A stretch of DNA of 64,000 nt. It comes from Octopus sinensis. Taxonomy: Eukaryota. Every line of letters starts with the position of its first letter. The first letter of the stretch is position 1. The notes under the pieces were generated by a model. That model was not told the origin of the DNA, made no database searches, and was given only the letters and a program-made list of their open reading frames with translations. The DNA lies in the NCBI RefSeq assembly GCF_006345805.1, contig NC_043000.1:68758001-68822000 (forward strand), written 5' to 3'. The position numbers were made by a program, and so were the translations under genes. Of this stretch, positions 11,985 through 25,335 are shown in pieces.

Positions 11985-12562
11985 ATCAAATCAGATATCA
12001 GAAAGCAGAACCAAAATCGAAGTCGACCAACATCAATGGAAATTGCAGCTGTGATACCAGTGCCGGTGACAAGTAAGCGAACCATCCGATGGTGACCGTT
12101 GCCAGCGCCGCCCCGACTGGCCTCCGTGCCGGTGGCACGTAAAAAGCACCATCCGTTCGTGGCCGTTGCTAGCCTCGCCTGGCCCCCGTGCCGGTGGCAC
12201 GTAGCACCATCCGTTCGTGGCCGTTGCCAACCTCGCCTGGCCCCCGTGCCGGTGGCACGTAAAAAGCTCCATCCGATTGTGGCCGTTGCCAGCCTCGCCT
12301 GGCCCCTGTGCAGGTGGCACGTAAAAAGCACCATCCGTCCGTGGCCGTTTGCCAGCTCTGTCTGGCACCTGTGCGGGTGGTACGTAAAAAGCACCCACTA
12401 CACTCACGGAGTGGTTGGCGTTAGGAAGGGCATCCAGCCGTAGAAACACTGCCAGATCAGACTGGGCCTGATGCAGCCTTCTGGCTTCACAGACCCCAGT
12501 TGAACCGTCCAACCCATACTAGCATGGAAAGCGGACGCTAAATGATGATGATGATGATGATA
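11985..12562 (+). mobile_element. Truncated RTE 3' UTR copy with internal ~55-60 bp tandem array
   Basis: About six units containing ggtggcacgtaaaaagcacc-atccg; same (GAT)n-tailed end as 9780-9965. Confidence 0.85.
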
Positions 12563-12574
12563 CATATTTTATAG

Positions 12575-12605
12575 ATGTACATATATATTATATATATCTA
12601 TATAT

Positions 12606-12637
<32 letters not shown>

Positions 12638-12690
12638 CATATATATAATATATATATAATATATAGATATATATATATATATATTATATA

Positions 12691-12730
<40 letters not shown>

Positions 12731-12873
12731 TTTATATATATGTTATATATATATATATAATTATATATATATATATATTATATAATATATATATATATAT
12801 ATAATATATATATATATACTATATATATATATAATATATATCTTCTATATATTATATATATATATATATTATA

Positions 12874-12914
<41 letters not shown>

Positions 12915-12948
12915 TATATAATATATATTATATATATATATTATATTA

Positions 12949-12994
<46 letters not shown>

Positions 12995-13045
12995 TCAATA
13001 TATATATATATATATATATTATACACACATACACACGCACACACT
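12575..13045. repeat. (TA)n low-complexity tract
   Basis: Direct inspection. Confidence 0.95.
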
Positions 13046-13844
13046 CACACCTGCGTGTGTGTTTTATATTTAATCACACACTCATAAGTGCGAGTATGTG
13101 TAAATGTGTTCGTACGTGTGTTAATGTTTGATATGATTAGGCAATACTGAAAATTCAAAAGCGAATATAAATACGAAAACAGTTCTGCTGTTGTCTTATC
13201 ATGTAGACGCATAGACACATACAGAACACAGTCGCATACACATACATATACACGCGCATGCATTAACACACTCACACACGCGCAAGTATTCACACTCACA
13301 CACACATACACACGCGTATGCACACATAAAATACACACACATATATACACAAATTTACCAATATACATATATGTATTTATGTATGTGTGTACGTATAAAT
13401 ATATATATATATATATATGCATGTGTGCATTTGTAGCAACAAATGTACGACTACAATAACAAATTTCCCACAAAAAACTAAATGGATGAGACCCAGGAAG
13501 ATTGAGTTATTTCCCCCTTTCCCCTGCTCCTTGCTTTGTAGTATTCAACAGAGGTCGCCACAAGAGGCGTAGCACTCCATTACCTCTCGAGTGTTTTAAG
13601 CTAAGTCGAAAGGAAATAGTCACCCTGAAACGTTTTCTAATCTCTTCAGCGGTTTGGTTTTTTTTCGCTCGGTAAGTGTGCACTCACTTTATTTTGATTT
13701 ATCTCTCACTCCTTCTTTCTCGTCGCTACATATCCTTACCTCTTGTGCATATTCAAGGGTTTCCTGTCGGTGGGTGCTACTACCCTTCCCCTACCCCTCA
13801 AATACACACATACATACTTACATATGTATGTGTGTTCGTGTACC

Positions 13845-14035
13845 ACACGGTCTGCTAGAAATAGCAGACTAATCTCTCGGATGAAACCCCACTGTCTCTA
13901 AATAGTAATAAAAATATATTGGCTGATGTAGTTATAGATATACTATGCCTAAAAAGCGGATGGGATAGTCATGGCTGGAATGGCTATGATTATGTATCCC
14001 TCTTCGATTGTCTGGGACTAAACTACTACTACAAT
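13845..14035 (+). mobile_element. Degenerate short interspersed repeat (family C)
   Basis: gctagaaatagca...gtcatggctggaatg...ctaaac motif recurs at ~29080-29260, ~56640-56815 and inverted at ~18970-19090 and ~29790-29860. Confidence 0.55.
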
Positions 14036-16817
14036 AGATATAAAAAAAAGAATATATATATATATATAATACCGATATGTAAGGGCTTGTCTATGCTAAT
14101 TTTACAGCGTTGGCTCCAGATTCTATAATGTCCTATCCTCTCATGTTCGATGCTCCCTCTGTATTCAGGGGAAGGAAAATAAAAGAAGGAAGGAAGGAAG
14201 AATCAGGGGGAAAACAATGAACCTACCTCTTTTCTTTCTGCTGTTCTCACCCCACCCTATTTTGGTAGTACGGTCATTTTCTTGTTTGGCTTATATTGAA
14301 GCTTACCACATACAAACGTATAAGTGCGCGTGCACAAAAATACACCATACATATATATATATATATATATATATAATGTTATATATTACATTATGTTGAT
14401 TATGTGTGTAATTTTTTTGTCTGACACATACAACACAATTTCTTCTGTTTTTCTTTCTATCCTCAACCAACTGTCATTTATTCCAGCTCACCAATCCATT
14501 CTGGTTGCTTGTTTACCTTACTGACTTTTTCGCTCTACTCTAGATAGCTTCACTGCATGTTTGTTTTCTTTCGTTTGTTAGATATATGTATACATAAACA
14601 TAAGCGCGCACACACAATTCTCTCTCTCTTTAGATACATACAATGTATGTGTGTCTGAAACACTTGTACGAATTACACGCATGGATTCGAGTAATTGTTT
14701 ACGTGCCTCTCCATCACACACGTGTAAGTGTGTGTGCCTGTGGATGTAAACATGTACATTAGAAACGTGTGTACGTACTACGCGCACATACGTATGCAGT
14801 TAATTTATTCTTAGATTTTTTTTCTTCTATCAACTGCATGTCTACACCTACTTTCTATACGCTCACGAAAACACATTCATATATAAATATATATATATAT
14901 ATATATAAATTGTTGCTCCAGCATGAGATACATCGTAATAGTTATCAATTATAGAACAAACGATCATATAGTCGAGATAGATCAGCATATATAATGTTCC
15001 TATCTAGTCATACTGTATTGTTTGTTGTCTTACAATATGTATTGAGTGTTGGATCGATGTGGTTACAGTTAGATATCTCTAATACACTCGCCACTCAAAA
15101 TATTCTCAAGATGTCTGTTTATCCGCGCTGTCAATTACTACGATTATTTACCAATACACGCATTGTTGGATTTTCCTGTCATCTCTGTCTATCAGCATCT
15201 AACTCATTAGGAGACAATGTAATCGCATGCGATGTAGAAGAGATGAACAATAATCAGCATTAGTTGTTTGTCATTATTTTTATTTATTTTTCATATAGCA
15301 CAAATAAACAAAAACATTTAATTAGCTTGTCACCTGTTATTTAGTTTGAGGAAATTATTTTTTCAATTAACATGTATCCTTCGCAATATTCATACTAGAC
15401 GTAGTAATTAATGCTTGCGTCATTTTTCACATTCAAACTCGCACAAACACGTGCATGTTTGGTTATCTTCAAGTCCTCACAACAACTTATTGCTGAGAAC
15501 TAGATTCTCAGCATCTTTGAAAAGAATATTTTACTGCAATGATGGTTGATGCTGCCTTAAAACATTCTTTACATCTCTCGTCTCATTTTAGTTCTTGCCC
15601 TCTGAATCTATATATTCGTCGACCTTAATGTGTGTGTGTGTGTGTGTGTGTGTATCGACTTCTGGAAATCTCATTTTGTTGATTTTTAACCCCTTCCTTG
15701 ACGCATAACTATTATCTTTTCCATCCTTTCATTCCTCTTTGAATTTCATGGAACTATACTATATATTACTGCATATAGATATTTTCGATTTCTTCACTAT
15801 AAAACATCTATATCTTCTACCCATTATTTGTTTATTTCTCTCTCTCTCATTCTCTCTCTCTCTCTATATATATATATATTATCGCACATATATTCATACA
15901 CGCGCGCACAAACTTATATTCTGAGGTGGGGGAGAATTATTTTTCTTCATACATATAACATTTAAACCTTTCTTTCTACATTCTATTTAAATTCGAAATA
16001 TACGTTTTGGAAACTTAGTCAAAATACTGGTTCACTATGTGTAACCATGTCGAAATATTCATTTCTGTCGATCTTTGAAGGGTATTTTAAATTTTCAAAT
16101 ATTATTAATTAGAATTCTTAACTCTCAAGGTTTTCTCGTACTATCTCACTCATTCAGTCATATATGGATCTTCAAATGATAATTCGAGATTTTTGGCTGT
16201 TTTATAGACAAATTATTAAATTTTTAGATTCGCTGCTAATATATAGCAAATAAAATGGGTATTCCTAATGCTCTATTTATTTTTTAGTAGTAATGAAGAA
16301 GAGGCATGTAGAGCTACATAATTTCAAAGATATGTATACGCACATTTCTACACGTATATAAATATGTGTGTGTGTGTGTAAAATACGTGCATGATATATG
16401 TCTGTGTGTATATATAAATATATATTACCTGAACAATTAGTTCTATTCTTTAAGCACTAACAAGACGACGGTGAAAATATTAAAGTCGCTTGTCTATCAT
16501 AGGAATGCCTGTCTTTCCTCAGTCTCTTACGTGAGACATCGAGACATGACACATCTTCCACTCGATACCTAACCGATCAGTTTCCTTTACTCTTTCGCCT
16601 ATCTTTTATTATTTCCCCACAACTGCTTTCTTTTCTTTCTTCACTCATACACACACGTGTGTGTATGTAGAATTCCCCTTTGTCCTTAGGCTTCCCTCTT
16701 AGCCGTACTCTTACGTGATTCATTGTTGAGTTAGTAAAACATATTCTTCACCTGGCCGTCAGTTTGCATTCTAACACTTTTCGCGCTTTTGTTCCTTCGC
16801 TCAACGAAACAGATGTG

Positions 16818-16855
<38 letters not shown>

Positions 16856-17054
16856 CTATACATGCCCGTCCAAAAGAGTCAGTGTACACACCGGCAACGA
16901 CTTGATGAAAATGGAAATGAATAGTTCAGGATCAAATGGCGTCGGGTCCTACTTTTCCTCAGATAACGAAAGGTATACCACTATTAAACTGGAGACCATA
17001 CAATCGGTTGTCAACCTCCTTTCAGTATTTTGTGGACTGGTTACTATGAGAATG

Positions 17055-17225
17055 ATAGGTTGGTAGAATCGTTTGAGAGCCGTGTAAAATACCTTACAGT
17101 ATTTCTGCCTTTTTCTGTGTTCAAATCCAACCGAGGTCAACTTCCCTTTTCATCCATCCAGAGACTATATAATCGACTGTCCCCACCCCCAAATTTCAGG
17201 TTTTGCGTCTCTGTTAATAGCATTA
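17055..17225 (+). mobile_element. Degenerate tRNA-derived SINE (family B)
   Basis: gttcaaatcc..ccgaggtcaactt..ttttcatcc...aatcgact..cccc..aaatttc; same family as 55601-55796. Confidence 0.6.
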
Positions 17226-18292
17226 TTATTTACATTGACAATACACCACCCAAATATAACAATAGCTAAGAGAGATAGGTTTACCAGTCAATATACAGGA
17301 ATGGAACACATAAAACAATAGATATATATTTATTAAGTCGGCAGCCAATTTCTACTCTCAGTCTTCAACTATCTCATTCGCATCTACTGTAATGCATTAT
17401 AGGAATATAAATCGACTCCAGTATTTGTCTTGAACTTTATTTTGTCGATCCCAGAAGACTGACAGTTAACCTCGGCGAGATTTGAACTTAACAACATACA
17501 CCAAGGCATATTCTCCGATCTTTATTTGTAAATTTAGCTTTGTGATAGACCAAATTTAAAGATAAATAACGAGATGCCATTATCTCTTATATGGCGTTCT
17601 CCCGTTTTCCATACTGAATTGTGATTGTAACTCGAGAGGCATGAGCGACACAACTTCCCGTTTATTTTTACAGGCCTGGTTAAAAATAATAATTTGTAAC
17701 CTATCTGGACTACTTTCAACTTTAAAAAAAAAAATCTCTTCAGAGTTGATAAAATGAGTATTATCATCACAAGTTCTCGAAAATTGTGTCAATTCAAACC
17801 ACTACCTATTTTCATACACCGGACCACACTTAACTTCTTGAAGTTCTTGTCAGCATACATACATCATGTTTGTCTAGTCCAGCACCCGGCTGTTGTTGAA
17901 GTATATGAATATTAAAGACAGCGTACCTACATTTGAATGACTACAGAGTTAGATGATGTATGTCTATAAAATCTTTTTCATTAATATACAGTTAGCGTAT
18001 AAGTAGAGCGGACCGGGTCTATTTTTAAATACACTACCCGAAGAAGTTCTTTGTGTAAATATGATACGTGTGTAAATGTTGTTTCATAATTATTTACACG
18101 TGTTTTATTTTTTTCTCCTTTTCTTTCATATCTTCGACTAAAGGTTGTCGTCGCACTTTTTTTTTTTTTGCTCCACTAAATTTACTTTTTATTTATTTTA
18201 CCTTTGTTTCTCCTGTATCTCCTTCCTCACAACATCAATACAATCTTGAAATGACCGTTTATACTTACATACCAATATATATGTATCTGTCT

Positions 18293-18380
<88 letters not shown>

Positions 18381-19315
18381 CGCACACACACACACTTTAG
18401 TTTGCCCTGTTCTTTCCCATTCCATATCCATGTCTTTCATTCAAGTTGGTGTTATGTGCGGTTATGCACGCGTGTCATTTACTATCATCAACTAAATTTC
18501 TTTGGTTCATGTGTTGCAAACAACTAACGATTTCTCTTTCGATGCACAAAAGGCTCTTTTTATTAAAAGCTAGAGAATAGTTGGATTGGATTGGATCAGT
18601 ATATTACTGGTATTTATTTTACAGACTCTAGCAGCTTCCAAGCAGGGCTCAACGAACTATGGTGTCCTACTAAAATAGCATTTTCAACTTCCCATTGTAT
18701 TAAAAACGCCATTATCAAAACATGAAGTCTGGTATTGTTAGATGTCTCAGTATCTATGCAGCTATATAACACTATTTCATTAAACTGTTATTATTGACAA
18801 CATCCGTTCAAGGTAACACAACTATAAACCACATTACAAGCTCATGTATAAACATATATATCTATACAACCAATATTGTGGAGTGATATAAACCAATTTC
18901 ACAGTTCATGTCACCAATATCAAATAAGGTTCATGTTTCATTGTTGTTCATCAAATCAAAAGTATTGAAGTCGTGACCATCCCGTCTTTTGATGTAACAC
19001 ATGCTGAATTTTGTTCGATATATCTTCATAGTAGAATGCGATTCGAGGAAGATTTGGCTGCTACTTCAAGAAAATATAGCAACCTCGTTTGCTAACTATT
19101 GTTTTAAAAGCTAAAAATCCATTGTTGTGTAGATCAGTTCAATGCTTTTAAACACTATGATGATGTTTGTTATAAACTGAAATCTCGTCTGCATTTGTTT
19201 ATTATATTTTAGTGTTTCTGAAATTGCCTGCTACACATTTATATAACTTCTGCATTTACCTTCTGCATATCAGAACCGTCTTAGCAGCATTATAGACAAT
19301 GAACTTGGTCCTATA

Positions 19316-19500
19316 TCATCATCATCATTTAACGTCCATTTTCCATGCCAACATAGGTTAGACGGTTTGACCGGATGGTAAGGCCGGGGTTCGCATCAGG
19401 CTCCATTGACTGTTCTGACATGGTTTCTGCGGCTGGATGGCCTTCCAAACACCAATCACTCCACAAAGTAGCACCAGTGTTTTTTTATGTAGCACCAGCA
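19316..19500 (-). mobile_element. RTE 3' tail fragment
   Basis: catcatcatttaacgtccattttccatgc...ggctggatg is the reverse complement of the (GAT)n-tailed end. Confidence 0.75.
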
Positions 19501-20518
19501 TCGGTATCAATTCTCCTGTGGTGGACAGGTCTTCTTAAGTACAGCAAGGCGCCAGTATTTATTTATTGATTCCCAGCAACTGCATATATTCATTAGGATT
19601 GAGTCCCAAGACTTGTATGGACCCCTGGACAACTGTTCAGTGTCGGCGCAGCTGTACATTGATGTGAATCGCATTCATCTACAATACGTTCTTATGATTT
19701 CTGAATTTGCCCACTATTGTAAATTAATGTGGCTTTTGCACATATCTGTTCTTACACCTCTCTGTAGCTTTTACTACACATCGGCGACAATCTAGGGGCT
19801 ACTTAGGTGCCTTAGCACAGAGTAATTTTGTTGCAAGTATTTGAACCGGAAAACTGTGGTTCTTTCTCTCCCTACGTTTTTCTGCAGACATTCAGGCTGC
19901 ACATCGATTGCAACAATCAATCATGCCAACTGAGAGGACCAGCAAATATCATGGGGCCCATTCCTCTCAACCAACCAATAAAAATATGATTTGTGCGCTT
20001 ACTTCCCACTAAACATTAAATATGACATTGCCCTTCTCTTGATGTTAGACGTCAGTCTTCTGAATTCGCATGTTTCTACACACCCTTGTGATTTCTGTAT
20101 ACAGATCTATTCTTTTGCTTCTCGTTATAGCTAGATTCTCTTCAGAGCTCCTCCATTGATAGAACTTTCACACACGCACACCTTTCGTTTTCATTACCTC
20201 CGCCTTCGCCAAAGCGGTGGGATTGTTTCCAGTCGCGTTTGTTTGTTTGTTTGTTCGTGAACAAGATAGCTCAAAAACTGCTGAATGGGTTCGGATGAAA
20301 CTTTCAGGGATGTTTGGCCTCCTGACTGTCACGAACTGATTAGATTTTGAGATCGATCCGGTACCGGACAAGGATTCTGGATTATTTTTCCGTTTTTTTT
20401 TACTCAATCTTTGAGAGCTTTCGGGTTCATTTTTAGTAATCTCGTTTGCGAGAGCAGTCGATTTTTATTTCAGATATTCTCATTTTAAAAATCATCTCTG
20501 GCTAGAGGACATTGGTGT

Positions 20519-21772
20519 CTCGGAGTAACAACTTGTTTGTTTGAGTCTCGTCAATTTTGACCACGGTTGGATTGTTGAGGACTTTCTCTTTGAGACTGTC
20601 CGTTGTTAAAATTGTTTTATATTACTGTTTAAAATTATTGTTGAAGTGACTCGTGCGTAACTGGTTTTTCTTTTTCTGTTTTTCTCCCCATTGTGGGGAG
20701 CTTTTATTAGCTTTTATTATGGAAAGCTACGCAAAAACCGCTGCAGTGAGAGCTGCTACTCTGTTGGATGCAAAGCAGATAAAAATTAATATGGAAGTGA
20801 TAATAAGAAGCGAACAGTTTGTGCAAAGAGAGGGAGACACAATAAAGCTGGTCTCCCCAGAGGAGAATCCCGTATTGGGACCAGTGGGGAGAACGAGCAT
20901 GTTAAACTGGTGGGGATGCAGTGTCGAGATGTGACTTTTTGCCACTTACGAAGACATTCAGAGGATCCCCTACCAGATAGAGATCACGGGAGAAAGTTCC
21001 CCCAAATTGTTGAGGGTCGTCGACCGAATTGTTACGAATGTGGAGTGAGAGGCCATATGAGGACGCAGTGCCCCAAGCACAAGCCTGCTCAGAGTAAGAA
21101 GACTGTGGAAAAAGACCAAGAAGTGGAAATTGGAGAAAAAAATTGAAGCACTGAAATACGGAGATGGCAAAAGCGATAAGGAGTGCTCCAGAGATACAGA
21201 GGAAGTGAAGTCGAAGGAAGACTGAACGAAAGCGGCAAAGGATAGGAGTGACGGATTTGTCTGCCCCAAAAGTAGGTAAACGTCGAAATCAAAAGAACAC
21301 TCGCATGGACCAGCAGCAGAAACAGAGAGGACGCCCCCCAAGACGGTAGGGAGCCGCCTAAACTCAAGTATTCAGTAGAGACAGAACCAAGAGAGAAATA
21401 ATTTAAACATAAGGCATTCTTAGTCTACTGCGTAAAGAGTGTAGAGGTAGAAAGGAGAATAGCCAAGTGGAAGAGACTAGTAAAGATAAAGCTGCCCAGA
21501 GAGAAATTCAAGGAGAATGAAAGGTGTTTTTCTATTGAATGACGAAAGATACGACGTGTTCATGAATTCATATCGTGAATTGGTGACTGATTGACGGACC
21601 GGTGTTGTATGATACCCTGCCGCTCGTGGTGGAGTATGAAGATTTGAGAGATTTTAGACAAAAAATATATATGAACAATATAAAAAAAATTATCAAAATG
21701 TGAACTCTTTCTTTTTTTTAAAAAAAAAAGAAAACTGTCCAAAATAAGGTCTAAATGTAACTACTCGACTTC
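20519..21772 (+). mobile_element. ORF1-only (HAL1-like) Tx1/L1-related retroelement, unit 1 (internal deletion, 3' end lost)
   Basis: MESYAKTAAV start at 20719; CCHC knuckle CYECGVRGHMRTQC; homologous to units 2 and 3. Confidence 0.8.
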
Positions 21773-23540
21773 ATTTTCTTTATTTACCATATAGGTTAAA
21801 GAAACAGGGGACGATACAAGGACAGACAAACAAATAAGAGGTCGGGGATCGAATGAGATTAACAGTATAAATGATCAATTTTAAAAATTCAAATTAAAAT
21901 ACGAATGTATGATTAATAAAGTGAAGCGGAGGACGTGGTTGACCCCACAAACCACATTCTCACACTGAAGACTTCGTTTTTCCTTTTTATGCTCTCGCTT
22001 AAACAGGTTCTTTCACTCTCAACATACTTGCCACAGACTTCCATATTTTACGAAAGCCACTTTGCGACAGGCATTTCTTCTCCAGCCATATTTTTCTTTT
22101 CATGTGGAAAACGAAAAAGTTAACTAACCCAAGACTGAAGATAAAAATGCCTATCACAATCCCTTTCACTCTCGTCTTCCATACTACCTCCTTCGCAGCA
22201 GCAACTACCGAGAGAAAAGAAACCTGCTCTTCCCAATTTAGGGAGGACGGCAGAACAATCTTAATTATAGATTCGCGCGACAGTTGTACTTTTCTCGAAT
22301 GTGACAGCAAGTGTTCGACATAATAAGCCCAGAGTTCCGAAACCTTCGAGCATTGCACAATCGCATGCAGAAGTTTCACTGTCCTGCCCGCATCTTGGAC
22401 AAGCAGGCGAAGGCGCAGACCCGTGTCTAAAAAGCGTATCTCGAACAGGTAAAGTGCCTCTGTAACATTGCCATGCCAGGGACTTCTGGTAATTATTCAG
22501 AGGCCCTGGCCCAAATGTTCTTCGGTATAGGCTGGTGAGTTGAGCTTTATCGAACCCAGGGTTTCTCCCAGGACGTCGTCACACTTGAACTCTACTAACC
22601 CTCTATTGAAGGACGAGGTAGCACCCCCGCCACTACATTGCCCGACTGTGAGAGAAGCACGAGGGCCTAATGACATTCTGCATGCCACGCGCCCAACATC
22701 GGTCTACGCTTAATCCATGAGTCCAGTTCAGTAAAGGATGTGAACCGTGAAAATAACAGCTTGACGAACGGAGACCACACCTGTTCACCGTCCAGGTAAA
22801 GCCAGAGGTGCCTAAGCCTCAACGCATTTTTGGCCATGGCATCCTTATCCCACCCTTCAGTGGTTTTTGGCAGCAGATAGAGCGCCTTACAAGAGGTCCC
22901 CTGCCCCTCCACAAAAAGTGGAAGAGCATGCGTTCCAACTTGTTCAGCCACGAATCGGGACAAGGGACGACGATCAGGCGGTAGGTAATAACAAATACTA
23001 TAAACACCTCTGCGACCTCCGACCTCCCTTTCAGGGACAGCTTCCGCTCAGACCAGGTTTGAGTTAGGAGAGCAACCCCGCCCGCCACCTCGCACCACTT
23101 CTTCTTTATCTGGAAATCCGGACCTAACCAGATTTCAATGCTGTCGGACGGCATCGACTTGCCCCTCCAGGTTCCGAGTAGCAAGCTGACCGATTTATCC
23201 CGGTTAATTTTTGCTCCTGCCACCGCTTTGTAATCCCTTATGGCTTCACCTACCCACTGTAGGTGCTCGACCCGGGATACGATGACGGTGATGTCATCCG
23301 CGTATGCCGAAGCTGACTTTCCGCACCCTAGATCTTGCGGAGTGCCCCTCATAGCCTCCAACTTTCTCAGCAATGGTTCGAGGGCCAAAACGTACAAAAG
23401 CGGGGAGAGAGGGCATCGATCGTTCAATGCAGAACGGCTCCGAAAAGAAACCATTCACCTGAACTATCGATTCGCTGTCGCTGTATAAAGCAGTGGATCC
23501 ACCCACGGAAGGCCGGGCCGAAACCAGCGGCTGCAAGGAC
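21773..23540 (-). mobile_element. L1/Tx1-clade LINE, 5'-truncated ORF2 (RT C-terminal half) + 3' UTR
   Basis: VLAAAGFGPAF.GWI, CPLSPLLY, AYADD, GAKINRDKS, W..RKLSLKGR, PLKGG, HAIVQC; 3' end ...ggtaaataaagaaaa. Confidence 0.88.
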
Positions 23541-23548
23541 GTTGGTGT

Positions 23549-25320
23549 CGCAGACTAACAACTTATTTGTGTGAGTTTCGTCATTTTTGACCACGGTTTT
23601 GAATTGTTTTTACATGTTGAAGGCTTTCTCTTCGAGACTGTCTGTTATTGAAACTGTTTTTTGAAAATTATTGTTGAGCGACACGCGCGCGATTGTTTTT
23701 TGCTGTTTTCTTGCCATTGTGGGGCTGAAAAGTAACTTTTTCATTATGGAAAGTTATGCAAAAGCCGCTGCAGTGGGATCAGCTACGCCATTGGAAGCGA
23801 AACAGATAACGTTAAAAATGGAAGATGTTATAAGAAGTGAACAGTTTGTGAAAAGGGAGGGAAACGCAGTAGAGCTGGTCCCTCCAGAAGAAACGGTCGA
23901 GGATAAGAGTGATAGGACGGTGGTGTATCGCACGCAAGCGGTCGCCACCAATAAAATTGAAATCATATCAGAAGACGACGTGGAGGAATGTTTGGGATCC
24001 CTGATGAAAACGGCAACTTTCGTTGGCCGAGGAAAGAAATATGGTACGGTGGGGGTGAGGTTTGCCACCAAAGAGACGTCCTCACATTCCACCACTATTT
24101 TACCTACAGAAAAGGTTACGCTGCAGCCCACGAATAGGGGCAAGCGTAATGTTCGGATTCGAATAGTAAGAGTGCTACCAGAAATAAAGACAGAGTGGTT
24201 GGTGGCGACTGTTGTGGCTGCCACCGAGGAGAATCCCGAATTGGGATCAGTGGGAAGAACGAACACGTTAAACTGGTGGGGATGCGGTATCGGGATGTGG
24301 CTTTTTTCCACTTTCGAAGACATTGAGATAGAGATTGAGGGAGAAAGTACCCTCAAAGTAATTGTTGAGAGTCGTCGGCCGAATTGTTACGAATGTGGAG
24401 TAGAGGCCATATGAGGACGCAGTGACCCATGCACAAGCTTCCTCAGAGTGAGAAGTTTGTGGAGAAAGACCAAGAAGAAGCGGAGATTGGTGTACCAATT
24501 GATGCAATGAAAGACAGAGATGGCAAAAGCGATAAGGAGTGCGCCAGAGATACAGAGGAAGTGAAGTCGAAGGAAGACTGAACGGAAGTGGCAAAGAAAA
24601 GGAGTGACGGGTTTGTCGGCCCCAAAAAGAGGAAAAAGTCGAAATCAAGAGAACACTCGTAGGAACCAGCAGTAAAACCAAATAGGACGCCCCCCACTCC
24701 CCAGGTAGGGAGCCGCCTATTTTCAAGCATACGCAGACAGTAGAGACGGAACCAAGAGAGAAAGAATCGGTGGAAGAGAAGATAAAGCACAGGTTGGAAA
24801 ATAAAGCATACGTAATATACAAGCAAAAGGATGTAGATGTGGAAAGGAGTGATAAGGGGAAACTACCCAGGGAGAATTTTAAGGAAGAAGAAAAATGTGT
24901 AATATTGAGTGTCGATAGATACGAGACGTTCATAAATTCATATAGAAGCTATATAACTTCATTGGGTGAGCCGGTGTGGTTTGATGCCCTACCAACCGTA
25001 ATTGAATATAAAGATTTTAATTTTTTTTTTAATATGAACAATATATTAAAAAAATGATGAAGATGTGAACTTTTTAAATTATACAAAAAAAGTGTGGGGG
25101 GGGGGAGAAAATATCCCAAAAATGTCTAAATGTAACCACTCGACTTCGGAGGTTGAGTAGGTGTTGGGCCTCATTTTATCATTTTCATATTTTCATTCGT
25201 TATTTTATTTTTCATCCTTACTCGATTTCTTTTTGTATTTTTATTTCCTCGATTATGTGTTTTGTATTGTCTTTGTAATGTACAACCTCTACTTTTAGCC
25301 CCTTGTAGGTAATAAAAAAT
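23549..25320 (+). mobile_element. ORF1-only (HAL1-like) retroelement, unit 2
   Basis: ORF from ATG 23746 to ~25057 with frameshifts; CYECG..GH knuckle; ends cccttgtaggtAATAAAaaa; no RT inside. Confidence 0.82.
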
Positions 25321-25335
25321 TATAGACGTTGGTGT

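Noticed and set aside
12050-12395. Regularly spaced repeats resembling a CRISPR array
   Set aside because: The 'spacers' are homologous to each other, the context is eukaryotic, there are no cas genes, and the array is part of an RTE 3' UTR.
23754-24356. Antisense ORFs overlapping TE ORFs (also 37121-37794 and 11589-11960)
   Set aside because: Shadow frames of the real TE reading frames, with no recognisable motifs.
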